Origin: Methanomassiliicoccales archaeon
GTDB taxonomy: Archaea > Thermoplasmatota > Thermoplasmata > Methanomassiliicoccales > UBA472
Direction: 5' to 3'
Length of the DNA: 64,000 bases
Assembly: GCA_038740345.1 (NCBI GenBank)
Contig: JAVYMA010000005.1
Coordinates: 21,965-85,964, forward strand
In this document: in pieces, positions 50,399 to 60,121 of the stretch
Numbering within the stretch: the first letter of the stretch is position 1
Layout: every line of letters begins with the position of its first letter
The notes under the pieces: model-generated
The model's input: the letters and a program-made list of their open reading frames with translations, nothing else
Told to the model about the DNA's origin: nothing
Database searches by the model: none
Position numbers and translations under genes: made by a program

Positions 50399-50623
50399 TC
50401 AGCGGAGGGCCAGCTTCCTGGCCTCACGGGAGGTCTCCCTGAGCATGAGGATGTCCCCCATCCTCATGGGGCCCATTACGTTGCGAGTGATGATGCGCCC
50501 CTTGTCTCGGCCTTCCAGGACGCGTACCTTCACTTGGGTGGCCTCTCCAGTCATGCCAGTGCGGCCGATGATCTCTACCACTTCGCAAGGTATGCTCTCG
50601 TCTCCCTCAGCCATGTCCAGCAC
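50399..50623 (-). CDS. rps28e: 30S ribosomal protein S28e
   Basis: 74-aa ORF with [25 protein letters not shown]...[17 protein letters not shown]. Confidence 0.9.
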   Translation of the reverse strand: MLDMAEGDESIPCEVVEIIGRTGMTGEATQVKVRVLEGRDKGRIITRNVMGPMRMGDILMLRETSREARKLALR

Positions 50624-50630
50624 CCTTTTT

Positions 50631-51002
50631 TCACTTCTTCAGTTTCTTGACCTGCTCGGCCAATGAGTCGATCAGTGGCTTTGCTTTCCCTGCCTCCACC
50701 ACCGCCACGGACGCGGTAGGCTTCTCCAGCCCGCAGGCGTTGCCCAGCTCCGCCTTCGACGCTACATAGGCGTAGGGTATGCCCCTCTCCTCGCAAAGCA
50801 AGGGCATATGCGCCAGGATCTCAGGCGGCTGGACATCCTCGGCCATGACCACGAACGAGGTCTCTCCCCTCTCCACCACCTTTGTTACCTCATTGGTTCC
50901 TTTCTTAACCCTTCCAGTGTCACGAGCCAGTTCGATGATCTCGTAAGCCTTGTCCTGCAGCTCCTTAGGCATCTCGAAGCGCACGTATATCGATTTTGCC
51001 AA
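50631..51002 (-). CDS. rpl7ae: 50S ribosomal protein L7Ae
   Basis: [10 protein letters not shown]...[14 protein letters not shown]...IPYAYVASK is present. I prefer the TTG start at 51002, which has GGAGGT 6 nt upstream and gives the usual length of about 123 aa. The ORF-track ATG at 51047 adds 15 atypical residues. Confidence 0.88.
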   Translation of the reverse strand: MAKSIYVRFEMPKELQDKAYEIIELARDTGRVKKGTNEVTKVVERGETSFVVMAEDVQPPEILAHMPLLCEERGIPYAYVASKAELGNACGLEKPTASVAVVEAGKAKPLIDSLAEQVKKLKK

Positions 51003-51047
51003 ATTGATACCTCCTTCTGATGTTCGATGAACATCTTCATCATTCAT
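51003..51047 (-). promoter_or_regulatory. L7Ae leader hairpin flanked by box-C-like UGAUGA and GA-containing strand (candidate K-turn/K-loop autoregulatory element)
   Basis: The mRNA reads AUGAAUGAUGAA-GAUGUUC-AUC-GAACAUC-AGAAGGAGGU-AUCAAU-UUG. It forms a perfect 7-bp stem directly abutting the SD. The exact K-turn register is ambiguous. Confidence 0.35.
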
Positions 51048-51167
51048 CGGCTCTGAAGAGCATCTGTCCCAAAGTTATGGTCATATAAAAGGTTTGTCGC
51101 AAGCTATCGGCCCTAGGATGCGTCGAGTAAATGCTTTCCAGAACAACCCAGTCATGCTCATTCGTTC

Positions 51168-52547
51168 TCATGATGTAGCCATAACATCCGTCATCGGTCC
51201 CTTAGGAAGGCAGGATGCTTCGACCAGCTTGGCCGATTGTCGAATCATTTCATTGGTCTTTTCAAGTGTGGACATGGCTATCCTCTTTGTGGCGGAGCTG
51301 CCAAGGGCGAGCGCACGGTCCGTCAGGAGGAGTTCATTCTCCTCCTCCTTAACCAAGCCTAGCATTCTCATAAGTCTAATATAACGGTAAATCTTAGAAT
51401 CCTCTTTGGCCAGCACCCTAACTCTCTCTTTAGATATTCTACCTCGATAGAGACACCGGGCAAAGGAGCCTAAAGCGTGCTTTCGCATGGGAGAGTACGC
51501 AAATAGGGGGAGGAAACCCTCCTCCAAACGTGAGAGGTAATCAAAGATATTGCTAGTATTAAGCGTCAGATTGCTCCCTATCATACCCCATGCCCTAGGT
51601 CCCACACCGATGAATTGGGAATGCTCGTATGGACCCTCATAAACCTCTGGCGCAGTGGAGAAGGACCATATTGTCCTCATCTTATATCCATGAAGCTTCA
51701 TTGTGTCCAGTATCTCTAGGTATTGCTCTCTCTCCAAGGCAGCATCCTGCAGCTTTGCTACTTTCCTACCCTCAGTAGCTTCCTCTTGTCTAATCTTTTT
51801 TGTCATGTTAGTGTATTCTAAGAGCATGAGAGGATATGTGGAAATGCCATGGAACCCCAGGCCGCAAGCAGTCTCTAGGTCCTGGCGCAAGGAAACCTCG
51901 TCCTGCCCAGGAAGGGAGAACATCAGATCGATGTTGACGTAATCGAACCCCATAGACATGACCCTTCGCAGCGTTTCGATCATCCTCTGCCTAGAAATGT
52001 TGCGTCCTAATCTCCTTTTCAATATCTCCTCGTTAAAGGTCTGAACGCCAATGCTTATCTGAGTTACTCCAGCTTTGAGGAGATTGGTCATGACCTCAAG
52101 AGTCAAATCAGCTGGTGATGCTTCCATGGCGATGATAGGAGGTTCATTGAAATGCTCTTGGACCAAATATGACAGTTTGCCCAGATGATGATGCATAAGT
52201 GAAGGCGTTCCTCCAGAGATATAGAGCCTCTCAACCTTGGGACGGCCTAAGTAGTTCGAATATATGCTCAGCTCCTCGCTCACCGCTGCTAAGAAGATTT
52301 GGGCTTGCCCCTCATCATATGATTGCCCTGGTAAGGCGCAGTAGGTGCACTTGAAGGCACAGAAGGGTATGCGCACGTTTATGGCGGTGCTGGAAATGCG
52401 CCCGGGTAGCACCTCCTCGATACGCTTCACCTTTTCGAAAACGACACTGTCCGCAACACGCTGGGATAGCTTGTCGACATACCTCTGGGCAAGGTCCAAG
52501 GGCAAGGAAACACCTCCCCTTGTAACGTTTGCATGGTATTCAATCAT
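51168..52547 (-). CDS. radical SAM protein, HemN/coproporphyrinogen-dehydrogenase-like
   Basis: CxxxCxxC cluster motif (CAFKCTYC), YISGGTPS and a HemN_C-like C-terminal region. Confidence 0.72.
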   Translation of the reverse strand: MIEYHANVTRGGVSLPLDLAQRYVDKLSQRVADSVVFEKVKRIEEVLPGRISSTAINVRIPFCAFKCTYCALPGQSYDEGQAQIFLAAVSEELSIYSNYLGRPKVERLYISGGTPSLMHHHLGKLSYLVQEHFNEPPIIAMEASPADLTLEVMTNLLKAGVTQISIGVQTFNEEILKRRLGRNISRQRMIETLRRVMSMGFDYVNIDLMFSLPGQDEVSLRQDLETACGLGFHGISTYPLMLLEYTNMTKKIRQEEATEGRKVAKLQDAALEREQYLEILDTMKLHGYKMRTIWSFSTAPEVYEGPYEHSQFIGVGPRAWGMIGSNLTLNTSNIFDYLSRLEEGFLPLFAYSPMRKHALGSFARCLYRGRISKERVRVLAKEDSKIYRYIRLMRMLGLVKEEENELLLTDRALALGSSATKRIAMSTLEKTNEMIRQSAKLVEASCLPKGPMTDVMATS

Positions 52548-52549
52548 TT

Positions 52550-53353
52550 CTAAGTCGCGCTGAGCAATCGCCTCACAGCAGAAACAGATTCTGACAGCGA
52601 GTCGACACTCTTAGTCTCTATCAACACACGCAAACCCTGCCTGATGGCTATATCAAGAAAGTGTGGTATGTCCACCTCTCCTGTGCCGGGGACCTGATGA
52701 TCTGAGATTCCATTGTAATCGTGCAGATGCATGTGCTTTACCCTATCTAAATGACGCATTATCACCTCTTTCTCCTGATATCCAGTCCTGGCATCGTGAC
52801 CAATATCCCAAGTGAGGTTGAAGCCTGGAAGGCCGCAGAGCTCGTCGATTGCCTTTGCCACGAAGGGTATGTGGAAGTTTGCTACGTTCTCCGTGCATAC
52901 CATGATACCGAATTGCTGCGCGTATTCGATCACCTTGGAATAGGCCTCCCGCAGATTGCCTAAGAATCTGTCCTGATAGCGTTCGTATATCCACACCTTC
53001 CTGTCAGGCAGGGTAAAATATATTCCTGGGCTGAGGTGAAGGTTTATCAAGGCCGCGCCTGCCTCAGCTGCCCAGCGAGCCGTCTCTCCGAAGCGAGCCA
53101 TGTGGCCTTGGCGAATAGGGTCGTGGAAGGATGCCAGGTCGGTATCATCTGGCATATGGATAGTGAATTCCAGGCCTGTTTCCTCTCTGCAAGCGCGAAT
53201 CTCTTCAGCGCTCAATTGCTCGGGACAGAATTCTGGCATATTCATGTTAAGCTCGACGAAGTCCACTCCTAGCTTTTTTGCCAGCGTAACGGTAGCTTGG
53301 AATTTGGGTAGCTCTATCAAAGTAGGGATGCCCAGACGGACTTTTTCTTTCAT
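52550..53353 (-). CDS. xylose-isomerase-like TIM-barrel protein (sugar phosphate isomerase/epimerase family)
   Basis: The pattern VELNM...HMPD...NLH...ENV...DIGH...HLHD of metal-binding residues is typical of the AP_endonuc_2 fold. Confidence 0.65.
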   Translation of the reverse strand: MKEKVRLGIPTLIELPKFQATVTLAKKLGVDFVELNMNMPEFCPEQLSAEEIRACREETGLEFTIHMPDDTDLASFHDPIRQGHMARFGETARWAAEAGAALINLHLSPGIYFTLPDRKVWIYERYQDRFLGNLREAYSKVIEYAQQFGIMVCTENVANFHIPFVAKAIDELCGLPGFNLTWDIGHDARTGYQEKEVIMRHLDRVKHMHLHDYNGISDHQVPGTGEVDIPHFLDIAIRQGLRVLIETKSVDSLSESVSAVRRLLSAT

Positions 53354-53371
53354 GATTCCCTCTTCACCGCA

Positions 53372-55075
53372 TCATCTGTGCGTATAGAAGGCCGTCAGGT
53401 TTCCATCCCGATCTCTGCTATGCAGTGAGACGAAACCGAAGCGTTCCATCTGGACCACAGTGCCCATGGGCATTTCTCTGAGGTTAGGTTCGCCCTTACC
53501 CTTCACCATCTCTCCATCTACCATCATGACCTTCATATCGATTAGCTTATCTTCATTGGCATTGAGCCAGGTTATGCGGGGAAGATCCTTGTTCTCCACT
53601 GAGACAAAAATGGCCCTAACGCCTTGCAGCACGACATTGCAGAAATCCTTCAATCGCACTTCCTTTCCCTGCAACGCCTCGAAATCGCTCCGCGCTAGGA
53701 GCACACTCTCTGAAGCGCTCAGCACCCTCATTCCCATTTCCGGGCGCTCAGGATGAACTGGCATTCGCACCTCGTTGATACCCGGCGGTAGTCCCGATAT
53801 CTCCACCCGCACAGGGTCTTTTAGGAAGGTGGAGCGAGGCGCTGTTGGGTCCACTATGGAGCGGTTGTAGGCATACATGTTCTCCGCTGGTGTGGAAATG
53901 TCCGAGAGAGACATGCCCATATCCACTATGAATCGTCTTATGGCCTCAGGGCGGAAGCCCCTGGCCCTTAAGGACTGCACACTCCAGGTGCGGGGGTCTT
54001 CCCATCCTATGTACTCGCCTGAGGTTACTTCCTTGTACGCCTTCGACTTAGATATCTTGGCATCCTCCACTCTCAGCATGCCGAAGTGCAGGAATTGAAT
54101 ATCGGGATCTAGACCTAGCAGTTGCCAGATATGTTTCTCCATTTCGTCCTCGATCATGAGGTCCTTGCCTCTTATGACGTGAGTAATCCCTAAAAGATAA
54201 TCATCCACCGCCCAAGTCATCTCTAGCAGCGGCCAGACACGATATTTTTTGCCCACCCGCGGATGCTGCTTCTCTGAGATGCGGAAGAGTACACGGTCCC
54301 GGAAGGCGGGGTTCTTATGCCGCATATCAGTCTTGACCCGAATCACCATGCTGCCTTCGGCATATTTTCCCGATAGCATGTCATCCCAGATGTCCAGTTG
54401 CTCCTCTAAGGGTCTGGAACGGTGCTCACACTCCACTCCCCTTTCCCTATTACTACGCAGAGTTTCCGCATCGCAAGAGCAGGCGTAGGCCGCACCTTTC
54501 TCAATCAACCTCTTTCCCCATTCATAATACAATTCCATACGGTCCGATTTGTGATAGGTGCCGTGATACTCTATGCCCAACCATCTAAGGGCATCTTTAA
54601 TGAGATCGTAAGACTCAGGCAGAACCGCCTTCTCATCGCTGCCAATGGTATCATCGTAGATGAGGAGGAGTTTTCCGTTGTAGCGCTTGGCATACTCATC
54701 ATTCAGTATGAAAGAGCGTAAGTTACCGATATGAGGGGCGCCAGAGGGAAAAGGTGCCAGACGAAGGACTACTTGCCGCCCTTCTCTTACTTCAAGAGGA
54801 CGTAACTTCGGCTCTGCTGGCCCCTCCTTCCTAGCCAGCAGCTCCGGTGCGCAGTGCTCCAGCTCGGCCCTTTGCTGTTCAGGGCTCAAAGAGTTCACTT
54901 CTTGCACTATCTTATTTATCAGTGGCACCCACCTACCCATCTCGTTCCTGATCTCTGGATGTCTCCCAATGACCTTGTTTATGACGTTCTTGGCCTCTGC
55001 TCTCCCGTTGTGCAAAACGGCATTTTGCAAAGCGAACTGGCGGATGCTATCCTCTATGGAGCTCATGCGCCCCAT
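53372..55075 (-). CDS. gltX: glutamyl-tRNA synthetase (archaeal type)
   Basis: HIGH-type motif (APHIGN) and KMSKS-type motif (KISKSK). An alternative start lies 3 codons in, at 55066. Confidence 0.9.
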   Translation of the reverse strand: MGRMSSIEDSIRQFALQNAVLHNGRAEAKNVINKVIGRHPEIRNEMGRWVPLINKIVQEVNSLSPEQQRAELEHCAPELLARKEGPAEPKLRPLEVREGRQVVLRLAPFPSGAPHIGNLRSFILNDEYAKRYNGKLLLIYDDTIGSDEKAVLPESYDLIKDALRWLGIEYHGTYHKSDRMELYYEWGKRLIEKGAAYACSCDAETLRSNRERGVECEHRSRPLEEQLDIWDDMLSGKYAEGSMVIRVKTDMRHKNPAFRDRVLFRISEKQHPRVGKKYRVWPLLEMTWAVDDYLLGITHVIRGKDLMIEDEMEKHIWQLLGLDPDIQFLHFGMLRVEDAKISKSKAYKEVTSGEYIGWEDPRTWSVQSLRARGFRPEAIRRFIVDMGMSLSDISTPAENMYAYNRSIVDPTAPRSTFLKDPVRVEISGLPPGINEVRMPVHPERPEMGMRVLSASESVLLARSDFEALQGKEVRLKDFCNVVLQGVRAIFVSVENKDLPRITWLNANEDKLIDMKVMMVDGEMVKGKGEPNLREMPMGTVVQMERFGFVSLHSRDRDGNLTAFYTHR

Positions 55076-55266
55076 CCAAGTAGATGGGGTTATTTGAAAG
55101 CTACGAAACGCGAGAAGTCTGTTCCCTAGTCATGATAACAGCTGTCTACGGGCGGATTTTGGGGAGAGAGTGACTAACTCTGAATCGATTATTTTCTAAT
55201 GAACGATAGGTAGTTGCGAAAAAAGAAGTCTCATCATATAATCAAGAATCTTTCTACTACTCAACG

Positions 55267-56244
55267 CTACACCCCATGGAGTGGGTCGCCATCATGGGCT
55301 AGAGGCCTTTCCGCTTCGAACATCCGGCAGGGGGGAGCCTCTACCTGGTCCTTGTAATGTATCCACCACTTCATGCACAACCATCTCTGCAGAGTGTTCA
55401 CGTCCTCTTCAGTCATATTGGAGAACCTGCCCTGCAGCTTCAGGTATTCGGTTACGGGCTGCATGACAGAAGGCTTGTACGTCACTCTAGATTCGTTCTC
55501 GTAGGATTCGAATAGAGTCCACATGCCGGTTTCGACGGCCAACCTCGCGATCTCCAGCGTACGCGAGGACTCATATTTCCATCCTGGCACGCAGGGAGTC
55601 AGCACATGTAGGAACCTGAAACCCGCTATCGCCTTAGCACGCTCCACTTTGCGAACGAAATCGTTGAAGTGCGCGATGGACAAGGTCGCTAAATAAGCGG
55701 GGTCATGCGCTGCCACTATGTGATCAAGGTCCTTCTTGAAGCGGCGCTTCCCTTTGATTTTTTTACCGATGGGAGAAGTGGTGGTCCACGCTCCGAAGGG
55801 CGTGGCTCCCGACATCTGTATTCCTGTGTTCATATAGGCCTCGTTATCTAAACACAGGTACAACACATCCTCTCCCCGGTCCGCCGCGCCCGATAACGCC
55901 TGGAGACCGATGTCGTATGTCCCGCCATCCCCCGCAAGCCCTACCACTAAAGCGTTCTTGCCTTTGCGCCTCAAGGCCGCTTTGATGCCGCTGATCACTG
56001 CACCTGTGTTCTCGAAGGCTGAAAAGAAATAGGGCACGTCAAAGGAGGAGAAAGGATATTGCGCCCCGAAAACCACCAAGCAGGAGGCAGGGACGTACAC
56101 AATGGTTTCAGGGCCTAGGATGCGCATGATGTTCTTCACGGCGATGGCCACTCCACAGCCGGGGCAAGCTCCATGCCCCCATATGAAGTAATCCTTGTTG
56201 GGCACGTCCCTGATGGTGAGTTTTTCCACTTCCTTCTCTCTCAT
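55267..56244 (-). CDS. 2-oxoacid:ferredoxin oxidoreductase subunit beta (TPP-binding)
   Basis: GHGACPGCG and GLAGDGGTYDIG are present. I chose the ATG at 56244 for its ATGA overlap with the alpha-subunit stop; the ORF track starts at 56271. Confidence 0.85.
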   Translation of the reverse strand: MREKEVEKLTIRDVPNKDYFIWGHGACPGCGVAIAVKNIMRILGPETIVYVPASCLVVFGAQYPFSSFDVPYFFSAFENTGAVISGIKAALRRKGKNALVVGLAGDGGTYDIGLQALSGAADRGEDVLYLCLDNEAYMNTGIQMSGATPFGAWTTTSPIGKKIKGKRRFKKDLDHIVAAHDPAYLATLSIAHFNDFVRKVERAKAIAGFRFLHVLTPCVPGWKYESSRTLEIARLAVETGMWTLFESYENESRVTYKPSVMQPVTEYLKLQGRFSNMTEEDVNTLQRWLCMKWWIHYKDQVEAPPCRMFEAERPLAHDGDPLHGV

Positions 56245-57410
56245 TTTCTCCTTCTCCTTAGACCGTACCAATTGGCTCCGTCCTGAACTGCTTTACCCAA
56301 GGCGATGTCCGAATAAATCTCCCTGATATGCTCCAAGGTTACATCCCTGCCCCCGAGACCGCCTATATGATCACTTAGAGCGATCCCTGAGGAGGAAAGC
56401 GCCCCTCTCACCTCTGTGAATACCGGTCCAAAGCCATTCATGGAAAGCGAGCGATCGAATACCCCCAATGATCTCAAGTCCTTCGTCACTTCTTTGAGTT
56501 CCTTCTCCGGGAAGGGACGCATGAATCGCAATTTTATCAGTCCTGCTTTCTCACCCCGAGAGCGCAGCTCGTCCACCACCGCTCGAGCTGTGGTGGTGAC
56601 CGTCCCTAGAGAGAGAAGAGCATACTCCGCATCCTCCATCTTATAAGTCTGAAGAAGCCCTCCATACCGGCGACCGAAGGTCCTGCCAAAGAGTTCATCC
56701 ACCTCAGCAATCACCCTACGTGAAGCGTCTATGGCGCGGTCCAGTTGATAGCGCATCTCCATGGCGTAGTCGGGAGGCACGATGGGGTTTATCAGCTGCG
56801 GCTCCGACGGATCCAATGTTACGCAGGGGCGAAAGCGGGGCAGGAAATAATCCACCTCTTCTTGGCCCGGTACTTCCACTCTCTCTACCGTATGAGAGAG
56901 GACAAAACCATCCAAGCACACCATTAGAGGCAGCATCACCCTCTCATCCTCTGCGATACGGTAGGCTTGCAGGACCATGTCCAGAGCTTCCTGGTTGTCC
57001 TCCACATAACATTGGAGCCACCCTGACTCTCGCTCAGGCATGGAATCGTTATGTTCCAGCCAAATACCCGCCGCCGCGCCTAAGGAGCGATTGACGTTGA
57101 CCATGACAATAGGGAGACGGACCTGCGGCGGTACATAGAGCATCTCGTGCATTAATGCCAGTCCCTGAGAAGAGGAGGCCGTAAAAGTCCTGACGCCACC
57201 TACCGAAGCGCCTATGGCCACGCTCATGACGGAATGCTCGCTTTCGGCCGCGATGAATTCGGCATCCAATTCACCATCGTTGATGAACTCTGCCAATAAT
57301 TCCATGATTAGGGTTTGCGGGGTTATTGGGAATGCGGGAATCACCTCTACCTTGGCAAGCCTTACCGCCCAGGCCACAGCATGGTCGGCAGAAATGACCT
57401 TTACTACCAT
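56241..57410 (-). CDS. 2-oxoacid:ferredoxin oxidoreductase subunit alpha
   Basis: The POR alpha N-domain pattern (AFPITPQT...ESEHS) is present, and the gene sits between the gamma-delta and beta genes. Confidence 0.85.
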   Translation of the reverse strand: MVVKVISADHAVAWAVRLAKVEVIPAFPITPQTLIMELLAEFINDGELDAEFIAAESEHSVMSVAIGASVGGVRTFTASSSQGLALMHEMLYVPPQVRLPIVMVNVNRSLGAAAGIWLEHNDSMPERESGWLQCYVEDNQEALDMVLQAYRIAEDERVMLPLMVCLDGFVLSHTVERVEVPGQEEVDYFLPRFRPCVTLDPSEPQLINPIVPPDYAMEMRYQLDRAIDASRRVIAEVDELFGRTFGRRYGGLLQTYKMEDAEYALLSLGTVTTTARAVVDELRSRGEKAGLIKLRFMRPFPEKELKEVTKDLRSLGVFDRSLSMNGFGPVFTEVRGALSSSGIALSDHIGGLGGRDVTLEHIREIYSDIALGKAVQDGANWYGLRRRRK

Positions 57411-58333
57411 TCTTTTGTCCCCCTCTTCATCTCCACGGCTTTTGCCGGGCAGATGTTAGCGCAAATGCCGCATCCCTTGCAATAGCGGTAATCCCATCGC
57501 ATATAATCGTCATCCAGGCGTTTTATCGTCCCCTCCGGACAGGCCCACCAGCAGCGCAGGCAGCGCACGCATTTTTCCTGGATGTAGATGGGTGTCTGTG
57601 TCCTCCAGGTCCCCGTAAAATTCTGCCATGAGCTGCCAGGGCCTATCACTACACCTTCCTTGGAACCCACTATGAGAGCTACACCTGGGGGAATGTCTTC
57701 CCAGGAGGGAAGCCATTGCTGACCTTTCCTTAAGATGCGTTCGCCTCTGCATCTCCCAGACATCACCTGAGAATAGGCGGCCTCGGCGGCCTCGAGGTTA
57801 GCTTTTGCCGCTCTCTCTCCCAGTCTCTCCCCGAACTTATCCATGATGGCGTCGAGGATGCATTTTAAAGGCACCATATCCTGGGCTCGGGCTATCGCGC
57901 CTAGTATCGAGGTGTTAACGATCGGCGCCTTGAGCTTCTCGAGAGCGATGGTGGTGGCGTCCACGGTAAAGCATTCAACCTCAACACCCAAATCGTACTC
58001 CTCGGGAGGAAGTGAGGTATTGATCACCGCCCTCCCCTCTGGCTTCAAGCCCTCGGCAACAGGCTCGATGGAAGGGAGACCTTCATCCAGGATCACCAAT
58101 AGATCGGGTTGATATATCTGGCTTTTCAGCGCGATCCGTTTTGTGTCTATGCGCGTGAAGGCTTTGACGGGAGCACCTCTCCTTTCGGCTCCGAAGTAGG
58201 GGAAGGCCTGAGCGAAATAACCTGCAAGAACCGCTGCCTCGGCCAAAGTCTGTGCCGCCATGACCGCGCCTTGGCCACCTCTACCATGGAATCGGACTTC
58301 GAACAACCTTGCACCCACTTCTCCAATATTCAC
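57404..58333 (-). CDS. 2-oxoacid:ferredoxin oxidoreductase gamma-delta fusion (gamma domain + 2x[4Fe-4S] ferredoxin domain)
   Basis: The N-terminal gamma motif is FHGRGGQG. The C-terminal region has CVRCLRCWWACP and CKGCGICANICP. Confidence 0.8.
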   Translation of the reverse strand: MNIGEVGARLFEVRFHGRGGQGAVMAAQTLAEAAVLAGYFAQAFPYFGAERRGAPVKAFTRIDTKRIALKSQIYQPDLLVILDEGLPSIEPVAEGLKPEGRAVINTSLPPEEYDLGVEVECFTVDATTIALEKLKAPIVNTSILGAIARAQDMVPLKCILDAIMDKFGERLGERAAKANLEAAEAAYSQVMSGRCRGERILRKGQQWLPSWEDIPPGVALIVGSKEGVVIGPGSSWQNFTGTWRTQTPIYIQEKCVRCLRCWWACPEGTIKRLDDDYMRWDYRYCKGCGICANICPAKAVEMKRGTKEW

Positions 58334-58782
58334 GCCTCGTCATATTTAATCCTAGCAAGAAAATTGATGTCATAGGAACGAAGAGCCTCGGAGACAATAA
58401 AATATCCTCCAGAATCTGATTCAGGTCCTCCAAGATTAATTATCCAGAGGAGATGCGCCTATTAACTGAGTTTATATGTCCATTTTTTCGCTATAATCCT
58501 GAGCTTTTCCTATCACGCGCATCAAATGATAATTTAGAATATAAACGAAAGAAGTAAGTTTTCTAGAATTCATGGATAGAAAAGAAGCCTCAAAATTATT
58601 CTTGAAGAAGCATGAGCTGGCTTTGCACAACAAATTCCTAATTTAGCAATTTCAACTCTGACTATGGTCGTTCCGTTGTGAGATATTTTTATATCATAAC
58701 AATGATGAATTGTAAAAATGAGACATTTACGAATGCATATAAAGAAAGTTTTTTGAACCTCAGGCTTCCAAATCTGCATTAG

Positions 58783-59055
58783 GTGCAAATGATGAAGGTA
58801 GAGATCAGATGGTTGGAGGAGAGTCCCGATGGAAAAGTGCCCAAGGACTTCAGGTCGTTCATAAAGAATGTTGATGAGAAAATAACCCCTGTGGCGGTGG
58901 AGGAAGCGTTCAAGTCCTGGCTAAAGGAGAAAGTAGAGGGACGTAATGTAGTCATATCTGACCTGGAGATCACGGTGGATGACCAATTCTACGTTCTGGA
59001 AAGAGAGGAAGAGAATAAGCTATTCCAAAGGATAGGCGCGGCTTCGGGTAAATGA
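58783..59055 (+). CDS. hypothetical protein
   Basis: 90-aa ORF (GTG, or ATG at 58789) divergent from the oxidoreductase operon. No homology recognised. Confidence 0.3.
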   Translation: MQMMKVEIRWLEESPDGKVPKDFRSFIKNVDEKITPVAVEEAFKSWLKEKVEGRNVVISDLEITVDDQFYVLEREEENKLFQRIGAASGK

Positions 59056-59153
59056 GTGTTTAAAAGGCTGGCTTTCCTGCTCTAGCCATGAAAATTCAAT
59101 GTAGACAGGGTAAGAACGAATTCATGCTCAGGACAAAGAAGAGAGGAGGCTCG

Positions 59154-60092
59154 CTAGACGAAGTCCAGCCACCTGATGTATCTGGGATCTTTTCCCCTAG
59201 CGGCGTCAGCATATGCCTTCTGCAGCTTTGTGGTGATGGGGCCTGGTCTTCCCGCCCCGATCAATATATTATCGATGGAATATATCGGTTGTACCTCCGC
59301 CGCCGATCCAGTCATGAACACCTCGTCGGCAACGAAGAGCTCACCTCTTGTGATATCCCTCTCGATGACCTGCATCCCCATGTCTGAGGCGATGGTCATG
59401 ACCGAGTCTCGGGTTATGCCCTCGAGTATACCGGCTGAGATGGGGGGGGTGTATATCTTTCCCTTCCTCACCATGAAAATATTTTCTCCCGTGCCTTCTG
59501 CCACATTTCCTTCGGAGTTGAGCATGAGGGCCTCATCTGCTCCCTTGCTCACGGCCTCCAACCTAGCGAGGACTGAGTTCACGTAATGACCGCATACTTT
59601 AGCATTGACCGGTAAGGCCCGATTGGAAGGCTTTTCCCAGGAGGAGGTAATGAGCTTTGCTCCTTTTGTCATCTGCTCCTCGCCCAGATAAACCCCCATG
59701 TAGACAACGGCAATGGCCACTTTTGTTGGCAGCTTTATTGGGTTCAGACCATATGTGCCAGTGCCAAAATAGGCTATGGGACGGATATAGTCGACTTTAA
59801 CCTTAGAGTTGGCCTTGACCGTTTCTTTGACCGCATCGCACAGCTGCTCCAAGGTGTAAGGTATCCTCAAAGATATTATCTTGGCCGAATCCAGGAAGCG
59901 CTGCATATGCTCCCTCAGGCGGAAGACCGCCCTGCCTCTCTCAGTCTCATAGATGCGCAGGCCTTCGAAAACCCCTCCTCCATAATGGAGGCAATGTGTC
60001 ATTATATGCACGTTGGCCTTTTCATAATCGATGAGCTCGCCGTCCATCCAGACTTTCTGTTCGGACATCTGAGTTCTCTCCGTCATTGTCAT
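59154..60092 (-). CDS. ilvE: branched-chain amino acid aminotransferase
   Basis: Class IV aminotransferase pattern (HYGGGVFEGLR, EGTGENIF, GITRDSV). Confidence 0.9.
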   Translation of the reverse strand: MTMTERTQMSEQKVWMDGELIDYEKANVHIMTHCLHYGGGVFEGLRIYETERGRAVFRLREHMQRFLDSAKIISLRIPYTLEQLCDAVKETVKANSKVKVDYIRPIAYFGTGTYGLNPIKLPTKVAIAVVYMGVYLGEEQMTKGAKLITSSWEKPSNRALPVNAKVCGHYVNSVLARLEAVSKGADEALMLNSEGNVAEGTGENIFMVRKGKIYTPPISAGILEGITRDSVMTIASDMGMQVIERDITRGELFVADEVFMTGSAAEVQPIYSIDNILIGAGRPGPITTKLQKAYADAARGKDPRYIRWLDFV

Positions 60093-60121
60093 GATTCGAT
60101 TGTATTATTAAATAGACGCTT

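Noticed and set aside
58695-58770. A candidate C/D box sRNA, based on AUGAUGA at 58702-58708.
   Set aside because: No CUGA D box or C'/D' pair occurs at the expected spacing of about 12 nt and 50-60 nt, and there are no terminal complementary ends.
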